From: Strigamia acuminata
Taxonomy: Eukaryota
NCBI GenBank assembly: GCA_949358305.1
Contig: OX442314.1
Coordinates: forward strand, 5,084,001-5,148,000
Length of the DNA: 64,000 bases
Direction of reading: 5' to 3'
The stretch's first letter is position 1; every line of letters starts with the position of its first letter. A program made the position numbers and the translations under genes. A model generated the notes under the pieces. The model had not been told where the DNA came from. It did not search any database and was given only the letters and a program-made list of their open reading frames with translations. This document shows, in pieces, positions 59,229 to 64,000 of this stretch.

Positions 59229-61505
59229 TAAACAGTCTAAACTATTTATAACTGCTGCAGAGGTTAGGAAATATGCTTACAAACTGTATAATTTGCACCC
59301 GGTATCTTGATGTCAAAATCAAAGTGAAAAATTCCGGTTTTTGTGTTATCGTGTGCAAAAAATGGAATTTAGTGTTTGAATTTTGCGAAACGACACCGGG
59401 TGCAGACTAGTCGATTTTGTTTTCAACAAGTTTTGAGGAAGTTAAGCAGCATTTGGTTTGGTAAGTACTTGGATAGTGGTCCTAAGCCTTGCGGATTTTT
59501 ACAGCGAGAACATCTGCTGTCCACATAACCGGGTTGGCTGTGGTTTTCCCAGTTGGCGATGCAAATGCAAAGTTTGGACCATTCAAAATTCTCCTCTTCT
59601 GCAGCTTTTGGCTGTGTTAAGTTGCAGAAATAGTGCTAGAATATTCCACTACTTGTGAGGGATAAGACATAAAAAGGAGTCACAAATTAGCCATGCACCA
59701 AAGGGCAGAAAACTGATTGTCTGGAAGTACTTTTGTCAGGGCATAAAAAGTCAAATAGATTCTTCCCTCAGGCAAATGATGTCAACAGGAAAAGCTGCCA
59801 GGATTCAGTTTTTTTTTCTTGGGAGGCATTACCTGCTACAGAATGAACCAAGCACTGGGGAGTTTAATTTAAGTGTAGCTGAACTAGGGCCATTAATTTG
59901 GAGCACTTATCAAGACAGCTAAGAGAAAAGAGGTTCCATAATTCATCTATGCAGAAATCAAGTTAAAATTTTCAAGAGATAATCTAAACAAACCTTTATG
60001 AGGATGTACTTCGCTGAGTGAGCTTAACTCACAAGAGTTCAAGCTGCCTGGAGATTAACTATAATGAGTGCTAGCTGAAGGGCTGAGTCATTGCTTTAGG
60101 AAAAGTCCACATTTTAGGAAATTAATTGATAGAGAGTTAGGTGTTGCACTTAATATGTACTTGCACATGTGTAGAATTGCAATTAGTCAGCAGCTGATGA
60201 AGTGGCACAGCAACATCTATTTAGTCAGCAGTTAGTGAAGTGGGACAACAACATCTATCAGTGTTGCTCATAAAAGCTAAACACCTTAATGCCTACATAA
60301 AGTTTTTAATTTATTAATGAAGTACTATCCATAAAGAGGAGGGTTTGTTTTTTGTTTATTTATAAAGTAGAAACAACATTCAAACAAGTTTTCACAAAAA
60401 AAACAGTGGTGGTTTTAAGGGTTGGTGGGCTAGGGCCCCAAAGACCCCTAATTTTCTTTCCCATGGGGTTTCTAGGTCCCAAAAGACCTCATGTTTGTTT
60501 AAATGAAAAACAGTCATCAGGATTTATCGACAATAATCAACTAATCACAATAATCGCTCATTTAATGAAAGTTCGTGTGGCAACCCTTCGCACGTGAAAT
60601 TTCAGAGTAGAATTGAAGTCTACTTTTTCGCTTCGCTTGGAAAGTTTGCACCTGTTGGCCAATGACAGACGAGATAACGTATGTCGTCACCAACTTCACA
60701 ATTGATTCTCGCACAATCTCGTTTGAAACGAGACTTCACTTCATCACTTCTCTTTGCCTCATTGAGAACATGAGAAGCAAATTTTTTCATGTGAATTTTT
60801 GGGCGCCACCATTTCGCGTGCTAAATTTTGCAACAATGTAAACGAGCCATTACACTTCACATTTGCTGAGGGCCTTGCCGATTCTAAAACCCTAAAATTC
60901 TAAGGCCCCTAAAATCTGACACCCTAGGTACGTGCTTAGTGTGCCTATGCCAAAACGCACCACTGAAATCTGTTTATTCTAGATCTAGACATTACGCTCC
61001 GGTTTCAAAGTTGTCGAAAAGCCGGGATGATCGTTGGCGGTTTCTTAGGTTTCTCTTCTTCCAAGAAATGTCTTTAATGACTGACAGCAGAATATATTGT
61101 TGCACACTTACACTCAATTGTAATCAACTTTAAGGACCATAGAAATGTAAGTGCACAAACGTTGGCAACATCTCATCTTCAATAGGCCATTTTCATGCGA
61201 GATTTTATGAGACTTTCGCTCTTTCAGCCTGCTTTTTATGCCATTGATGTGAGGAAACCTAACAATAAAAATTTGCTTCTATTTTCCATTGTTAGCTGGT
61301 GGGAGCTATTGTAATGAGAAATTGCAGGGAATAATTGTTGAAATGTCAGATCTAACAAAGATAGGCAATTAGCTATTAAATATCCAAGTGGCTACGCTCA
61401 TGTCCGACATAAAACACATTATTTTTATGACCCGCTGTGATTGGTTGAGAGATGCATTGAGATACATTGATGAAAATACTCGGTCCAGCCTAAGTTTATA
61501 AAAAT

Positions 61506-61805
61506 TAGACTTTGACCGATATCGATATTTTGCAATATCGCCGAAACCGATAATCGGCAACCGAATATCGGCCGATACCGATACCTGCGCTGATATTAAA
61601 ATTAAAATGTCCGACCCCTCCCTACCCTCCAAAATAAAAAAAATTAAATTAAATTGCGTTTCTAAAACGTTTTAGTCTAAAACGATACATTTTAGAAACG
61701 TGGCAATATCAGTATCGGCCACGCAAAAAATATCGGAACCGATATCAATGAATACCAAAATATCGGCCGATAGCCGATACCGATACCGGTGTCGGTCAAA
61801 GTCTA
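61506..61805. mobile_element. hAT-like MITE (300 bp)
   Basis: TIR TAGACTTTGACCGA...TCGGTCAAAGTCTA, 8-bp TSD ATAAAAAT on both sides, subterminal CCGATA repeats. Confidence 0.9.
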
Positions 61806-62762
61806 ATAAAAATTAATAAGGTTAGGTTTGGGGGGGCATAGACCCCTCTTGACCCCTCCCCCATAGCATAGTGGGTTGACTTTTGATTTTGTGACCAAAG
61901 GCTTGTTGCGACAATCAAATGTTGAGGAAACATGATGAGGAGTGAATTATGCAGTAAGAGACTTTGGCATCTAATAAAGTAAGCAGTAAAGTTGGAAACA
62001 AACTAGGCCTGCTTTAAAATGCAAACAAGAGATGTCATGTGCAGCTAGTCCCTATTAAAAAGGTTTGCCTTACATAATTTGTAAGATGGTAATTGGGCTG
62101 TCTCAGTGTTCGATGCAAGGAGTCGGTAACCTAATGAGACAAGCAGATTGAATAAAAGATTTCCTAATGTAACTCAAGACTGTTGGCACGAAAAAACAAG
62201 TCTTGCTCGTTAACATGTTTAGCTCTTCTGTCGTCCTGTCACAGTGAGTGGGAGAATGTGAAATTGAATATAAATGCTAATATTAATATGTTATTTACTT
62301 GTGTATTGGTTTAAATCCGGGATTTTCTCTGCTGGAAATCTGAGCACAAAGTTTTCTGCATTTGTTTATTCATTGGGTGTTTACGTTAGATTAAAGTGGA
62401 CAACTGTTTGCTTTTGTTTTATATATTTTGTTGCTGAATACATTGCTATTCATTATTGAATAGCATTCCATCTCATCTAAACAAACAAGACCATGCCAAC
62501 AGGCAGGCATTGTTATTGTTGTTTTAAAGGTTTTTTTAAAAGAATTTTTTATTGGATTTCACAAATTGTATTTACATTGTTGTCATTTGAATAAGGTTGA
62601 AGAGATGTAGCACGGAAAAACCTGTGATGGGGACAATCATTTAAGACCAACAGCTGAGAATTTCAATAACTGTGTCTCAAGTTCCGGATAGTTAAAAACC
62701 ATTAAACATAGAATCCATTTGTCAGACTCCAAAAAGGTGAAGAATCACTGATTTAGTACTTA

Positions 62763-63370
62763 GTGGTGTCTTCGATTTACACCATGGTGTTTTCGATTAC
62801 ACTGCGGTGTCTTCGATTTACACTGCGGTATTTCGATTTACAACGCGGTGTCTTCGATTTACACTGCGGTGTCTGTTGGAATAATTTGTAGTTCCTCAAG
62901 TTAATTCCATATTAGTCATTTTATCTCTGTTACTTATAAGTTTCCTTAGTTATTTGTTACTTATAAGTTTCCTTAGTTATTTGTTACTTATAAGTTTCCA
63001 TAGTTATTTGTTACCTATAAGTATCTGTATTTTGCTTTTCCTCTATTTTGCCACCAGATGGCAACTATGTATTGTTTACTTTTATGTATCCATGCATGAT
63101 GCACAATGCAATAAATTGTGGCTTCCAGTTTGCTTTTAATTCCTCAGACATCTATTGAGTTTCACAACAATTTATTCTACGGTGTCTTCGATTTACACTG
63201 CGGTGTCTTCGATTTACATCGCGGTGTCTTCGATTTACACCGCGGTGTCTTTGATTTACACCGCGGTGTCTTCGATTTACACCGCGGTGTCTTCGATTTA
63301 CACCGCGGTGTCTTTGATTTACACTGCGGAGTCTTCGATTTACACCGCGGTGTCTTCGATTTACACTGTG
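62763..63370. repeat. 21-bp minisatellite (CGGTGTCTTCGATTTACACCG) interrupted by a solo LTR
   Basis: Units at 62763-62873 and 63182-63370. Confidence 0.9.
62874..63181 (+). mobile_element. Solo LTR (copia/BEL-like)
   Basis: Starts TGTTGGAATAATTTGT and ends ACAATTTATTCTAC(G) (inverted ends, terminal CA altered); GTGTC 5-bp TSD; TATAA then AATAAA inside. Confidence 0.6.
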
Positions 63371-64000
63371 GCAACGGAATGGTAAAAAGTTGCAATCTCA
63401 ATGCTTATGCAGAAGCAGGAGCATATAACAAGGCACCACAGGCGTAGGGTTTGTTACACTTCTGTGTGAGACAGTTTACTGATTGTTTGAGCTCAATTTA
63501 CAACATCCATGGTCCTAAAGGCAGAATACTTGTTGGCCAAATTAGGCCATCTATAAGGAACACCCTATGGGACGTGCTTAATGAAAGAACCGGTCTAGCA
63601 TTTGAATCTGGAACTGGGAAGTCCAATGCAAACAGCGGCAGTTTTAGAGATAGACCAACCAAAATTTTGCCTAGGGCTTTGTGCTTTTAGGAGCCCCCTG
63701 GGATGCCAAATTTTATTTCAATGAAAATGAGGGTTTTTTTTTACAGTTGGGAGGGACCTCACATTTGCCCACATTTGCCTAGGGTCTCCCAGATGCTAAA
63801 ACCACCACTGATTGAAAATTCAGTTAGAGGCGAGTTGTAGATGTTCCTGCCATAGAAACAGCGTTTTAAATCGGACAAGAGCGAGGTCATCCGAGTACCG
63901 GCCAGAACTCCTCTGTTCAAATTGGAGCATTTGATGAGCTTGATAGACCTTTAAGGGCGAGTCCACACAGCGGTCTAGCCAGCGAGGGTGCACGGCACCC

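Overview
AT-rich, repeat-dense animal (probably invertebrate/arthropod-like) genomic DNA; no prokaryotic systems or CRISPR. Main content: (1) an initiator tRNA-Met gene (352-423); (2) the 5' exons of an ERG28-like gene (+, ~8960-9543) with several uORFs, whose remaining exons are not confidently seen; (3) a complete, apparently very young 12.4-kb Ty3/Gypsy LTR retrotransposon on the minus strand (32390-44779). The element has 984-bp LTRs with no differences seen, a TTAC TSD, a tRNA-Pro PBS, a PPT, gag, and pol reached by a -1 frameshift. Where env would sit, it carries a non-env, GC-rich gene that reconstructs as three exons with two phase-compatible GT-AG introns (819 aa, no recognisable domain), with candidate internal promoter/enhancer motifs. 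This is the most interesting signal in the window. The rest is MITEs (piggyBac-, hAT- and Tc1/mariner-like), a solo LTR, decayed transposon fragments and many minisatellites with ~10-bp-multiple periods. Most short ORFs in the track are spurious. All family calls come from motif recognition by eye, not from database searches.
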